Of a stretch of 64,000 bases of DNA, positions 1 through 15,474 are shown piece by piece (position 1 is the stretch's first letter; each line of letters begins with the position of its first letter). Position numbers and translations under genes: made by a program. The DNA lies in the NCBI GenBank assembly GCA_964057225.1, contig OZ059897.1, positions 11,842,001 to 11,906,000 on the forward strand. The letters run 5' to 3'. Source of the stretch: Auanema rhodensis (Eukaryota > Animalia > Nematoda). The notes under the pieces are model-generated. The model was given only the letters and a program-made list of their open reading frames with translations. It was not told the origin of the DNA and ran no database searches.

Positions 1-1893
1 CAATGGTAACAGAGGAGGAGCGACCTCCTGAGCCACCCATTCTTACCATTTCCATTTCTGCTCCAACTCGGCCACGATTTGAGTACCAATCTAATACATA
101 TAAGGATGTAAACATATTTCCAGAAACCTAACTTTTGATTTTTAAAACTTCAAGAACTATTAAGGTTACTCCTACGGCAGCTATAAATGCTATGTAAATT
201 CCTAAGGCAGCTTTACGATTACTAAACATTCCATCAAAATGTACACAAGCAATCATAATAGCAGCAGCTAAAACAATTTATCAAAAAAAAATAATTAAAA
301 ACCATGATGAATTACCTGCCATTAACCAAGCTCCAGCACCAAGAAAACGATGAATAATATTAAAGATGAAACGGGCCTTAGAATCTGGATTGCATCTGAA
401 CCAAATAATAATTTTGATAAAAAAAACTGTAAACTATTAACCTGAAAATAGCATTTAAAGGTTGTGCCCATGCAACACAACATGCAAGAAGTCCCAAGAT
501 TGCGTGAATTGATCCCCATCGCTGGTTCTAAAGTAACATATTAATAAAGTCTCAATGATGATTTCTAATTATTACCTGTTCTCTAGTTTGAGTAGCTTTC
601 GGACCAGTCCAAACCCAGTCTTGGGCAACAAATATGCAAACAAATCCACAGATTGTGGCAGCAACACCAATTATATTTAAAGTACGGTGCAGCTAAAAAT
701 AAATAAGATTATCTTCAGTTTGAGATGAAAAACTTACATTAAACCATAATTTTACACCTAAAATTATCGTGTCCGGACAATGATCACGGAAATGACGGGC
801 AAAAAGAATACCAGTAGTAATGAATACTGACCAAGATAAAACCATTAAAATACCTTTAATTAATTAAGAAATTGAAGAATAACATTCAGATTTTACCATG
901 AGCAATTTTTAATTTTTGGAATTTTGTTTTCGGTGGCTTAACACCAGAAATATCAAGAGCTGAAATTAGAGAATAATACTATTTCTTCATTAACTGCCTA
1001 CCTGCTTCATTTTGATCAATACCATTACTTGTGTAAACTCTTAGATTAGTTGGAGGAGCTACATACCGTCTATCTGAATGATATTGAAGAGCTGAAGAAA
1101 TATAAAAGTTAGTTTATACATATTGAAAATTTATTATACTTGTCATAGTTCCTTCCATTGTTAAAGGTCCAGCTGAAGACAAAATGTAGTAATTCTCATT
1201 CAAGTTTTTAATATTTTTAAAATTAGGAATAATTTTTTGCCTAAATTATTTCGTTAAACCCTATGTTACATCGTGTTTATTATACTAACTTGATGTTACA
1301 GTATGCACTGCCATCAATAGCTTGAGCTCGCACAACCTCTTGAATTCCAGCCTCATTCTTAATAATAGATGAGTAATACTAATAAAAACCAACACTTTCT
1401 TACAATAACTTGATTAGATTTTCCAGTGTTATAACCCAGACCAGAAACAGCTGCTCCATTAACTTGCCCACAGAAAACTACCGAATCGTTACCCTAACAG
1501 CAGATAGCATTAGTACAATTATTGTAAAAAAAATAAAATTTACCATCTGATTATCTTCTGAAAATCCAATAGCTACATAACCATTTCCTGGTGTAGCACC
1601 AAAAATTTCCATATTTAGATAATCACCATCTATCTATAAGAATTGATATGATGAATCATACATATCCAACGTTTGCTTACGAAGTAAGAGAAAGATATTT
1701 GACAGTTTCCATTATTCGGATCACAAGTACTTGGTTGGAATAAGCATCCTTTTCTTTCTCCACAAGTTGAAGAATCAAATTGAGCAGTTATAAGCTATAA
1801 AAAGAAAAAAATTAGAAAAATATGAAATTGTTTCACCTGTATTGATGTTAAAGCTAATATCGTTAAAATCGTATAAGGCATATCTGTCGGCAT
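1..1893 (-). CDS. DOMON + cytochrome b561 ferric-chelate reductase (FRRS1/SDR2-like); multi-exon, 3' end runs off the window
   Basis: ATG 1893, signal peptide MPTDMPYTILTILALTSIQ. DOMON motifs FDSSTCGERKGC and GYVAIGFSEDNQM/GNDSVVFC. Cyt-b561 heme His motifs HGILMVLSW and WFNLHRTLN. Short GT-AG introns. Confidence 0.88.
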
Positions 1894-4582
1894 TTCTAAA
1901 TATAAAATATTTCAGTAAGTCAACGGCGCTTAAAACAGAATCATAGTGATACTACAAAGAAAATTTCACAATTCAAAACTTTGAATTTTTTTTTGATTAC
2001 ACATAACGGCAAAACATAAGAAAATAAAACATTGGTTTTGCTATTTGTTCTGAGTAAGACATGAAAAGGTAAAAATGTGAAGAGGCGGAGAGCAAAAACT
2101 TCTTTTGCCAGTCATTTTGATAAAACTTCAATAAACATATTCCCATTTCTAGATGGCATTAGTGGGAGTCAGTGGAAAAACGTTTTTGACAAAAGAAGGA
2201 ATTGTAATAGCTACATGAAAGGAAGATCTAGCCTCCATCGGCTGTCCACCGCTTTGGCACCGGAAACCTCGTAGATGACGAATCGCACAGGGTAAATAGA
2301 TGCCGAATGCAAAGAATGTCGAAGTTGATGGTACTAAGTGGGAAATTGACGGAGTCAATTCGGAATCTGATCAAGTTCATGCTTGAATCTTCTATTTATC
2401 GGCCGAGTCACCCGCAATTTATTGGCAAACACGTAAAAATCAACCTTCAATCTCTAACCGGAAGTTGTAGTCCCTAATAAGAGGAAAAGGTATGTACTAA
2501 GTACTTTTTAAAAAGGTTATGAAATTCTAAGAATTTAACTTGCTATAGCAACGTAGTAAATGAGTCAGAAAGCTCAAGTTAAGGTTTAACTATGCTTTAA
2601 CAAGCAAAAAAGCATATTAAAAGATATGGTGCTGAGTAGAACTGACATAATTCTAAAAACAGAAAAGGTCAATATGTTATTGGAAACACATGTAATAACA
2701 TTTAGAATTAAAGATAATAAGTATAAAGAATGAAAATATTCCAATCATCTCTAACTATTTGTATATAAATCCATTATCTCAATCTCAATGTCACAATAAT
2801 TATTTAATAAAATTACTGAAGAAAGAATAAAATAAACGAAGTCAATTTCTTCTGAAAGAAACATTAAATACTGATCAGTAAATATCATTGATTAATACTT
2901 TTACTTCAATATCTGAGAGAAAGGTACAAGAATTGCATTGAAAGAATGAAGTAAATACCGTAACGATTAGAAAGGAAACTACATATATTTGTTTTTTTTT
3001 TAATAATTTCATATAAATAAATAGAAATATGAATATTTACTTCAAATTTAATAACATATCAACTATTGATATCAAAATAAAATGAGAAAAGCTCAAGTTG
3101 GAAAAAATATATTTGAAACTATAAAACACTGGAGAAATAAATGTCTCATAGTACTAGTAGCAGCAGCAGCAGTTAGAAGAAAAAAGTTTCTTATGACAAA
3201 CTTATGCATAAAGATATTTAAAAAGTTGTAGTAAACTATAGCAATCTTTATAAAGTAGTAAAGTATGAGATTGTGAATGCAGAGAAAGTGGAAATATGCT
3301 TATTCAAAAGTTAAAAAAGAATCTAGCTTTCAACCTTGCTGAGGTTTTTCTATTGAACAAATAAATAGAAAGGGAGACAAATCATATCTGTATATACAAT
3401 GATTTTATTTGTCAGTAGTAAAGAGATTTGTCATATGATGAAAATATAAAAAAATAAATTTAAACGATATTTATTAAACGTAGGAAAACACATTTGTGCT
3501 CGGCTAAGGTTGAGCTTAACGGAATTGAAGCCACAACGATCGACAAAGAGAGCCAAAATAAACATTGGAATAAAACTGGAAACATAGACTGCAATTGGGT
3601 TGTGGCTCAAGCTTTCCTTACCTACTAAACACCTTTCCTCCCACTATACCTCTATTCCTCTCGCTTTACATTGTCTTATTCGCTTTCTATACTGCTTAGA
3701 CAGCCACTTAGCTTTTGCAAGCTGAGCTTTGTTACCTAATATATGAGAATAGTAAAATACTATGAGTACTTACAACTATATCATACAATCTTCAATACTA
3801 GTGTTAAAGTCAAAGATTGGTTAATGAGCTATAAAACATCTTCAAACGTCATATGTATTATGTTTGGAATCTGAAAACAAAGAATATCCACTGTTGAACT
3901 ATCCCAGCTGTCATAAAATATATTCTTAATTTCATATCTTTTAAACAAATAATAAATAAAAATATTTATGTTTACACGTGAAATTCTGATCTTTAACCAT
4001 TTTTGGTCCTAACGAAAGTTAAATTTTGAACCGTAACCGTAACACTTTGCACCTGCTTCAGAAAACATTCATAGAAAAAAATTCCGATCTCTCGCATGTT
4101 ACGCATGCCAATTTTTTCCTCTCTATCCCACCGCTCGGACACTGTTTGCCAACTTCAACATTCTCGTTTGTCCACGGCCACAGGATAGGCACAAGTTTCA
4201 AGTCTGCGATGTGCGTCGCAACGACGAGACGGAATCAGGAATGAAAAAATCAAAGAGAACAAAGATGAAAAATTGAACAGAAAAGTTTAGTCATGTCGTA
4301 TCAAGCAATATATAATCGCATGATGAACATTCAATAAATAAAAAGAAAGACAATAGTTATTAAATACAATACATATATCTATATAAATATATTTCTTTAA
4401 TCATAATTAGTAATTCAACTCTTAACCCGTTTTCTTAAGGATAATTGATACTTATGTTATTCGATTCGAATGTAGGGGCGATTACCAGCATTTTAGAAAG
4501 TGCGTGATCAAATTACAACTGATCAGTTATTTGGTAAAGCTAAACGTAATAAATGAAATATAGTCCTTTTTAAGTAAAAATC

Positions 4583-5895
4583 CTATATTTCATTAGACTT
4601 TGGGGCATATAATTGCTTAGCACATTCAAAAATATGAAGATGAAATGAAGAAACAGATCGAAAATCATCCCTATGACAGGCAGAGCAGATATATTCCTCT
4701 TCCTCAGATTCAAATTCACGACAAACTCTTGATCCAAACCCATATTCTGGAACAATATCCATATTTTTCTAAATAGAGTAGATCAAGAATTGAAACATGA
4801 AAATAAAAGCGAACCGCGACTATGATGGGATCAGGAACAACATCTTTACAATCGGTATTCCTAACATGATCATCGTATTCTCGAAAAGTATCATAAATGC
4901 TCTTGCATACATTACAAATATATGCCAATGGAGAACTTTTAGTTTCCTATAACAAAGGTTATATAAGTAAAAATTATTCAGCAACATACTTTTCGCTTTG
5001 GCAATTGTTCAAACACAACTCTTGTTGTGGCTTTGTATTCATCTACTTGCTCAGCAGCTATTTGCGAACATAGATATCTAAAACATAATTTAAATTAAAT
5101 AAATTTAAAACAGTATGACGTACGCAAGCTTGGGAATAATAGCTTTCTTTTCCAATGTTATACGTGTCGAATCCGTTATAGGAATATTAAACTGAAAAAA
5201 AAAAGTTTTAAATATAATAATTCAAATATTAAATTCTTACATCAATTCTTTGAGGGTTAGAGATTCTTTCCATAACAGCTTGAGCATCTTTTGATTTACT
5301 TATCGATCCAATAGTAATGATACGCAGTTCTATAGAAACCTTGATGAAATGACAATTTTGAAACGATGAGTAAAAATCCCTATGGAATTGGAAAGTCTTA
5401 ATTTTCCACGAAAGCTCTTAACTCTTGGAGAACTAACATCAATACATTTCTTCTTTATTTTCTTCTCATCACTTTCGTTTCAATTTAGAAAAAAAAATGA
5501 AAACAAACCATTTTCAAAAGCTAAGACATGCTTTGATTCGTTCCTTTTTGAACAAAGATGGTGCCTTATAACATGCAAGAACCGTGATGATAATGTACAT
5601 ACCTTAAATTTCAATTGTCTTATATGTATTTTAAATTGTTCAGTAACGTACCTCACAATAAAAAGGGAAAACTCTGGGAAGTGGTCCATACTTAGTTACT
5701 TTATTTACAATTTTCTGTCTTATAGTTCTTTTTACTTTAAACCTCTTCCTCCGTCTTAAAAGAAGTATTATGAATATTTGAACCACATCTTTATTTTCGA
5801 AAAATGAGAAAGCTATCAATAAGATTGAAACTAGCAGAGAATAACAGCTGACACTCTTTATCCTCAAGCTGAGTTAAAATTCCGCTCTTGTTCAT
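4583..5895 (-). CDS. Protein with two C-terminal atypical zinc fingers (CxxC...H...C); 5' exons uncertain
   Basis: Spliced exons give YICNVCKSIYDTFREYDDHVRNTDC and YICSACHRDDFRSVSSFHLHIFEC, ending at TAG 4583-4585. Upstream exons have GT-AG boundaries. The start at 5895 is tentative. Confidence 0.6.
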
Positions 5896-6085
5896 TATAA
5901 AATATATAATCAATATATCATTGATTTTTATGATCAATTTTCAACATTATTTTTTTTAATTAAGAGTCAATATTTATTGTTAAAACTTACCTTAAAACTA
6001 TTGGTCGAAGTGACGGGTGAACGAACTTGGCTAATTTCCTAGGAAAATATCGCAAGAACATTACACTGAAAAATGTTTAATTCAG

Positions 6086-6734
6086 ATGGACAGGTTTTGG
6101 ATTTTTTTAATTATTCTATTCATAACTCTAAGTTCAACGGATGGTAGAGGAGGAAGAAGAGGAGGAAAAGGCAAAGGAAAGAGTAATCTTCAATTTGCCC
6201 AAGTTGCAGAATTTTCCTTAATTCAAACAGCTTTGGCAGATAATAGGGTTTGTATTTTTTTCTATCACATCTAGCTAAAATTTCTGCAGAGTGCTCAAAT
6301 TCTTACTGGTTCTCACTTCAGTCAAACATTTCGGCTAGGATATAAACTTCTCTTGATATGCAAAGTAAGAAAACAAGAAATAAATATAAAATACATTTTA
6401 TGATTATTTTCTATTTTCAGGCTAGAGGTGAACCTAGACCAACGATAAAATGGTATAAAGAAGGTGCAGAAATATATCCAAAGCCTAATATTCACGTAAG
6501 TCTGCGAGCAAGATATTATAAGAATTGTATATTTTTACAGTATTATGAGAAAAAATTGGAAGACGATATCTTATGGAGTAAACTCGAAATAGGTTAGTAC
6601 ACAAATAGGTATATATATATATTGTTGAATTTGCAGATCCAGCAACAATGGGTGACCAAGGTGTTTATGCATGTGTAGCAAACAACCAGCATGGAGTTAT
6701 GGCCAAAAATTTCAAAGCAGAATATACGTATTGA
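6086..6734 (+). CDS. oig-4: Secreted single-Ig-domain protein OIG-4 (levamisole AChR clustering factor in C. elegans)
   Basis: Signal peptide, then RGGRRGGKGKGKSNLQFAQVAEFSL and an I-set domain (LICK-ARGEPRPTIKWYK...DQGVYACVANNQHG). Five exons; TGA 6732-6734. Confidence 0.9.
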
Positions 6735-7029
6735 ACTAAATTGTTACAAAATTTATTTTTACTCTCTTATAATAAATGTCTGATGTTTTAAAATTTTAAA
6801 AATTTGACCTGGAACAACTTAAAAAAAAAAGAAAGGAAGTAGTGATAATAGGTCATTTGAAAAATGCATAACATCGAACACAGATATAAACAATCAAATA
6901 AATAGATGTTCACCTCTAATTAACATTCTTAAATACATATATATTTGGCATTACTTAGTATCATTTCCAAAGATTGATTGATAAAAAATTCAAAAAGATA
7001 CAAACAATTGATAAGTTTGCCTTATGGTA

Positions 7030-7320
7030 TCCAATGCGCCGTTGCACACCGCTTGTTCTACGTGCGAAGCGGTCGCGCTGCGGCTGTGGTATACTTCTTT
7101 CATCACCGTTTCGTATTCTTCTGACTGCATCTATAACATTTGTGATTCATATTTTCTTTTTTAATTTTTTTTCCATTTATATAAGCTTGAAATCTGTAGA
7201 ACTTGCTCTCGAACAGTTTAAAAATTATCGAAAACTTTAAGCACGACCGATTTTTAGGCCACTATACTGTACACAGGCAGACTTGCCGGCAGCGCTAAAT
7301 GAGTCAGGACGCCTCAATTA
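7030..7320 (+). promoter_or_regulatory. GC/CpG-rich promoter region upstream of cdc-42
   Basis: CpG-rich patches (7030-7090, 7245-7320) in AT-rich background, upstream of the ATG at 7492. Confidence 0.4.
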
Positions 7321-7473
7321 GCCTTCTTGTTATTTTTAACGTTCAACGAAATATTTAATTTTTGAAATAAAAGTTCTTTACTTCTTATACCCATTTCGTT
7401 TTTGTTTTTTACATTTGATTATGTTGTTTGGCTTTGATTTTTCTTGTGGCAAACTGGGTAAAAATATTTATGA

Positions 7474-8288
<815 letters not shown>

Positions 8289-10649
8289 GTCAAACAGTGA
8301 GAATAATTACTTTACGCCTGCCAAATTGTGTGAGTGCGTTATGAGCAAGTCCTCCTATTCCATTAATACCTATATTGTATTGCCTTCCTTAAGTAGTGGC
8401 ACACCTTATTCATCAGCTCTAAAATGATAATAATAGAATTCTATAATTCTCTGTTTGGATGCTAGAACTTTGTTTTTCAACAGTTTCTCTCATCGCCTTC
8501 ACCCAATTAATGCCTCACTTCACTGTCTAAGGGATCTTTGCCTCTTTACTTTATTAGCAACTCTATTATTCAAACAGCTTCGTGTGGTAAATGATCAGTT
8601 ATGGAGCGATTATGTTTGCAACGGTTTCACACTGAGCATATCCTCTTAACTCTTGTTCATTTTGTTTATAAACGACCTTCTCGTTTGTCTTCGCAATGTG
8701 TTACATTTTGTGACATTAACGGGGATGTGTTGAGATAATTTCAATACTACCCAATTTTATAGCCTGATTATTTATTCTATGGTTTGTTCTTGAAATATTG
8801 CCTTTTGTGTATAACGGTTTCTCGCTCGCTGTGTTTAAATTAAGTGAATAAGAATGCAATTGTTAACATTAAGTGTAATTGAAAGTACGATGTGAATCTA
8901 GGGCCTTGTAATCACCAAAGTATTTGCGAAGTCTTATAAGAATAAAGCACTCCTTGTATATCCATCGTTGCTTAGTTTTCATTCTGGACGAGGTTTTGAT
9001 GGTTGTGCATGAATTATCACAGGAACTATATTCATATATAGAAATGCGTAATTGATGCATGTTCTTCGCAGTTTAACGTCAGCTTTCTCCGAATTCTTTG
9101 TTATTTCTCTTTTCCGTAAACGGATATTTACTTTTCTCTTATTCACATGGAGCGCTAAGCTGTGGATGAGGACTTTCGAAGCTTCTCAAACAATATCACG
9201 ACTGGCTTTTCGGGTGTAGTCTGAAGAAATTAGGGCTGTTTTAGACAACGTTTTCGAATAACAGTAAATGTAAGAAAATATTTAAAATTATATTGTTCTC
9301 CTATGTATTTATAAATACTAGTTAAGATTATAAGCGTTTCATGTACGTTGTCTCATATTTTTAAATAATTTCGTGAATCAGCTTATGAAACAGTTGCTTT
9401 AGATATATAACTAAGAATCATGTTTACAGTCATCTTTGAATTATTAAATTATATTTTTGTGTTTAAAAGTTATACCAATGAACCAACTGTACATTACGAT
9501 TAAGGTAATTATTTCATAACATATTAAGGTTGTGAATTCAAGTTATTTTCCATTTGACTAATGTTATCAATGAATTAATAACAAAATTTTCGTTATTCAT
9601 ACTTGACGATTAAATCATTTTTTGTGACTTGACATGTAATTCTTTTCCTTATCAGTGTCTTGTTAAATACTAAATTACAATATAGTTTAATATATAGTTG
9701 AATTCATGCTTTTCTGAAACTCATAACAGTATGTCAAATCAAAATATTTACTTTCATATATTCAATACATTATGAATGTAGTTTACTAAACTACAAAGTC
9801 ACATCATCGGGACAAAATCAGATTCACAAAGAACATAGTAAACATTTGATACATGCCCTACGCATAGAAGATGGGAACAGCTCTTGTTTGACGGTATAAT
9901 CGCAGTTTACCATACTTAAAGGTAATGGTGAACCGGATCGCTTAGCATAACCATTTGTTCCTATGAATTGCAAATCCCTGCTCAGCAGTTCTACACAAGG
10001 AAATATTGTAAAGTTGAATTATGCTTGCATGCCAACTGGAACTATTCTCATACAAATTTTAAAAACATCTAAGAAAAGTAGGTAAAGAAGAAAATTACTA
10101 TGCAACCCAATGAAAACTATATTTTCATGAAGCACAATAAAACAATTGGGAAAACAAGAAGAGAAGGTCAAATTCCATAATAAACCATCGCTTATTCACG
10201 TTACAAAAATTTGATGACATTCAGAACGAGAATATTTGTGATTAGAGGAATGCAGACTAGGATGATGATGAACGAATCAAGGAGCAATAGCATAGAGATA
10301 TGACTTGTATGAAAGCTGACTAGATAAAGAAATAAGCTACTAGGCAAAAGGACCGGATAGAAAGAAATAAGAAAATATGAAAAATTGCAATTACAAATAA
10401 AATCTGTGAAATAGAAATTTACATATATTGATGTTAGTTGACGATATTTGGTACAAACTGTGGCAAGGCCTGATTAGAAGAAGTTTTGACACTTTCTCAT
10501 ATAGAACTATTAGATGCAAGAATATCACCGAATAGGTAATAATAGGAATGATGGTTTATAAATCCTAAATATAAAAATTGTTTAGAATATTAACAATCAC
10601 TAGAGCGAGACGATTCAAATGTTTGAGATTGAGGATTGAGAGGTTTGAT

Positions 10650-13600
10650 TTAAGGCAATAATGCTTTAGCCCATTTAGGGGTAGTTGAATTAAAAAAAGT
10701 TTTAGATGTGAACTTCAGAGCATTTAGAAGAGGAACAGCCTGAAATTGATAAAATTTCGTTTGAATCATTCTTGCTATCAATACAAGGAAGTAGCTTAAA
10801 GCTATTTTAATTACCTCATCAGGTTGACAGTGCTCTTTAAGAACTTTCACTACTCCACGGATGTTGATAGGCGATTCACGAGCGAAAATTCCACTTTCAT
10901 CTATATGATCGTATACTATAGAACATCCAACCATAACACGAATACAAAAAGTTCGAGTAGATGCGGATAATCTCGCACAAATATCGGGGCAGCAGATCAT
11001 AAACCGACAAACGCTAAAAGAATAAAAAAACTGAGAAGATCAAACGAAGACGAAGTCTTACCTCACTATCGTAGCAATGGTATCTGTAGTATTAGAAAGG
11101 GGAAGATGGGGATGAAGTTGTACAAATGTGATAAATGCCTTGGATAATGTATTCAGCATAGGTGTTGAATTAGCGAGAAACAGTGATATTTGATTGGCTA
11201 ATTCGATTTCACTATAAGAGATAATATGAGAATAGTAAAATCACTATCAATAGTTTCTGACACCCCGCTGTGCCTCACTTCAAAACTTAAACGTAGAGAG
11301 AAAGGATCATAGAAAACTTAACGACTTAAAAGATTTCAAATGCATGTGAAAATAAGATTCATGCATATCAGAAGCATAATGATTCTTTCTCTTTTTGAAT
11401 GAGAATTGAAAAGAATTTTTGATCTTTTTGAGATTCACCTAGGATTTATTTCATTTCTTTTCATGCTTCTTCGATAGTAGCTGAAATCATTCTGTAGAGC
11501 TGGAGTACACATCTGTAAAATTAAATAAGATATAATTGCCGCCGAGTATAGAAAAACCTTAATATTATCGAAACGTAAAACGAAATCAACTATTCGTGCC
11601 AACTGTGTTGCCAAAGCTTGCCGATTATCTAATTGTTCTTCTGGAGGTAGAGAAGTTGAGCAAAGATCCCATAATATTTCAGGAATGAGCTAAATTTAAA
11701 GGATGATAATTGAATTTCTTTTGTATTTTTATTTGTTCAAATATAAAAATTTTCAGAAAAATAGTCCATCGTTAGAATGACAAAAGTATGCAAATATTAT
11801 GCATCGCGAACGTAATCCTTGTAAGCTGTATTTCTATCATGTTGAATAGCAAACTACACATACCAACAGGTTTTTCGAAACATTTCACAATTTCAAATTA
11901 GGGCTTAATCTAATAAATGATCGTTTCCAAAAAAAAAAGAAGGAAACATTGATGCGAAAAGTAGGATCAGGCCAACTGAGGCACGTAATTACATGTAATT
12001 GGACCCTAATTTAAGGATTTAAACTACATTTACGGAGTCAGCTTGTAAGACATTCGAAAAATATTGACTTTTTAAGCTTTGAAAAGTTCATTTTCCCCCC
12101 AGAAAAATAGCTCTTTTAACTAGCGTAACAAGCAGTAAAACCTTGAAATTAACTCAAAATCAAACTGACCTTTTCAAGTTGAAGAGATAATTCATAATAT
12201 GTTTTAATTCGTTGAACAAACGATTCGACTGTTGACGCCGCAGATTCTTGTAATTCAGAAACAGAAGGATTCTGAAGTGCTAATCGAACCTCATCAGTAG
12301 CCCCTGAACAGAAACAATTGAAGAAGATAATGATTGGTGATTCAAACCTTTTCCGTAACTTTCAGCATTTTCCAAAACACTTGTTCCACAGTTCAGTACA
12401 CTTTCACATTTTTCATAAATAACTTTTTCCGCCTCTGTAGGCTTAGCATTTTCAAAATCCAGAAAAAGCTGAAAATGTTTTTGGTTCAAAGAATTATAGA
12501 TGAAACAGAAGAATAGAATATGTTTTTTGTTATATATGAAACATTGAATTCTACCAATTTACTAAATCAAATGAAGATTGCTATTTGTTTTGGAGGTTTT
12601 CAAATATTAGAATTTTGAAACATGTTGCCAAAATATTTGAAATTTAATTCATTAAAATGCTGAATCCTTGTTTAGATCATTCATATTTTCAAAATTATTA
12701 GATCATTTTCTTCTATCTTTTATGTTCAGATATCTCATATTACGAAACTATTCAAATATTGGCCAGAATACATATGAATGTGGAGAAGACTGGCAAAGAG
12801 ATGAAAGAAGAGATTGAAGTTAAGTGAAAGCAAACTTTGTAAACCTATGGTCAATCGTTCGGCTTGCTTGTGCAGCTCACATGTTTCTCGAAATTCGAGT
12901 TTCGTGGAACTACTGAATGTGCGCATGTAAACAGTACAGCTTCCCAAAAGTCGCATTAATGGAGGTTGTTTGGGAAACAGAAAGCGAGATTTGAAATAGA
13001 AAATTACACATATATTAAGATCAGTAAAATGTCTGTAACCCATCAATATCCCTTCTTACAGCCCTTAGGGACATTTTTCTAGATTCGTCACTTTTCTTTC
13101 TGCTATCTTTTAGCTTCAAAGTATTCTCAAGTACGAGAACAATGACATGAATCTTTTGAAACGTCCCTTGAGAGTAACTGAATATTTGACTTTGCTATAA
13201 TACGCATGTTTTTAAGAAATTATCAACAAGGGTAGAAAATATAAATAGAATTATTGAAGCTTTAGAAACTATAAAGAATCAATTTCTTATTTCATTCCTA
13301 TCTGATGAATCTAGATGGTTCATTCATTACTTGACAAAATGTGATATGCTATTAATTATATGGCTCGATGGCTGAATGAGAAAAAGGGAAAATTGTCTGT
13401 CCAACTATGTCTTCAGTCCCCAGTATCTTAGTTACGCAGAGCCAGCCATCTCAAGGTCGTTTTAGAAAGGGAAATGAGTTGGCAATACTCCAAAAGCAGC
13501 AGCCAATGTGGTTGCAAGCCGTTAGAAGACCATTCTAGACATTTCAGGATGCAACCCGTTGTGGCCATCTGTCTTCACGAACTCTAGCTTAATGATTAAT

Positions 13601-14301
13601 GAAATAACATAGTATTTTATGCCATTTTAGAAGTGTCTTGAAATTCAGAGATATATCTTTTTGAGTTATCTTGTCAACCTGCGCATTATGTAAATCTCAT
13701 GAAAACTGAATATACTACAATAAATGAATTGCGTAACGAACAGATGGAACATTGCGGAGAGCGCTGGCAATAGAGAGAAAGAGAGAAGAGTTCAATTAGT
13801 GTTTATACACTTATCGTATTACAAATCTTGTTCTGAACCATCTGTCAGCTTAGGTTTCATCTTCTTGATTATTATTGCTCAAAAAGAAAAGCCATGACGG
13901 CATAACCAAGAGATGAATGAAAGCGTGGCATTGGTAACAAAGAAATTTAAGAAATTTTTTGATGGAAATTTTTCAGAAAATATATTGACCCGGATGTGAG
14001 AAATGAAAAAAGTCGATAGAATTACTTCAAACCACTAATGTCAGATATTTTATGAGGTAGTTTAGTCATCAGTAAACAGAAAACTGTATCACTGCAATTG
14101 AAAATCAGAACTGGATAAAAATTCATAAAACAGTTTTAACAAATAAAACTTTCCCTATTTTACTTTGAATTCAACAGATCAATATTATAAAAAGAAAAAA
14201 ATAGAATTATCACTTACTTCTACATAATCTAATTCATTTTGGGCACCATCACAATGATTTCGAAGAATAGACCTGACGACTTCAGCACACGTGCCCGTCA
14301 T
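10650..14301 (-). CDS. cyri-1: CYRI/FAM49 (CYFIP-related Rac1 interactor)
   Basis: MTGTCAEVVRSILR..., LFLDFENAKPT, LQNDFSYYRRS, LANQISLFLANSTPML, FCIRVMVGCSIVYDHID, LLNALKFTSK. First intron ~1.75 kb. Confidence 0.92.
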
Positions 14302-15474
14302 AGCTTTGAACCATATATAAAGAGTCTAACTGGAAAAAGGGGAAAAATAAAATGAGAAATAAAATAATAAAAATTCTGGAAGATAATGATGTGAGATACA
14401 AGAAAATTGTAGAGATCAACAAAAATGTCACAAATAGGAATTATAAACAGGGAACAGGCCAAAAACGCGCAAGAACTTGATTTGACAAAACAACAGGCTA
14501 ACTTAAGGTAAAGAAGAATTAACGAAGTAGAAGATGATGATGAAGAACAGTTGTTGGATATTCACAGTTTAAATGGTATGTGTTTAATAGTTGAAAGGGA
14601 TTCAAAGACAATAAAGAACGTATACCAATAAAATAATTGGTAAACCGCAGGAATTTATTGTCTTCTTAGCATCTAAGTCAGGGATCATAAACATATTGAA
14701 TATGGACAGAAAATATAAAAAATTAATTTTCTCAAAAACAAAACAAAATGAAAGAAACAACCGCAGCAAATCCACCCATGCCAAAACTATATGTACTCAC
14801 TTTAAAATAAAAAAAAATCATATAGATCACAATGTTGCAAGATAATCTATTAGGCTCATTTAATAGAATAGAGAAAAGAGGATAGGAAAATATGTAACCA
14901 GCCGGTTCTCTTGTATTGATTAAAATGAGAAAGATAGATAGAGGGCGATGAGAAATGTGTGGTGTTGGTGAGATCGGAATCACACTACGAAACATGCAAC
15001 CAACGTTTACTATACACTGCGTTTACACTCAATAAACAAACCGTTGAGAAGAATCATTATTGGCCAGATGACCATGAAATTAACGTTTTTCTCATTAATT
15101 GTACTTACACTCCTATGCTTTAATAAGGCAATCGCATATTTTTGCATAATAAATAATAACAGATGTTGACTTAGTTAGGTTAAAGAAGAAAGAACACGTA
15201 CATAATTGCTTCAAAGATGCTTCTTTTACCAGCTGCTATAATTCATTTTCTGTGTCATGTATTTAACTGAGCTAAACAAACTTTATCTAGCATTCAGTAC
15301 CTCTATTGTTTGAAGCACTAAAACATAAATGACTTAATCATCTCTATGAATCATAGATAGGTATTAGTTTTAAATTTTTAATGAGTCATAATTTTAAAAG
15401 ATTCGACATATATGTACAAAAACGAAAATTAGCGCATATAGAATTGGTGGTATATTCTCATTAGACATTGTTAA

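Noticed and set aside
2077-2480. GC-richer island with short ORFs on both strands
   Set aside because: No recognisable motif or consistent splice model. Probably regulatory or outron sequence of the DOMON gene.
9160-9230. Possible C/D snoRNA (GATGAGGA...CTGA)
   Set aside because: Imperfect C box, no terminal stem, and no convincing rRNA complement recognised.
14019-14092. let-7-like TGAGGTAG seed in the CYRI intron
   Set aside because: Only ~11-bp stems can form, too short for a pre-miRNA, and the rest does not match let-7.
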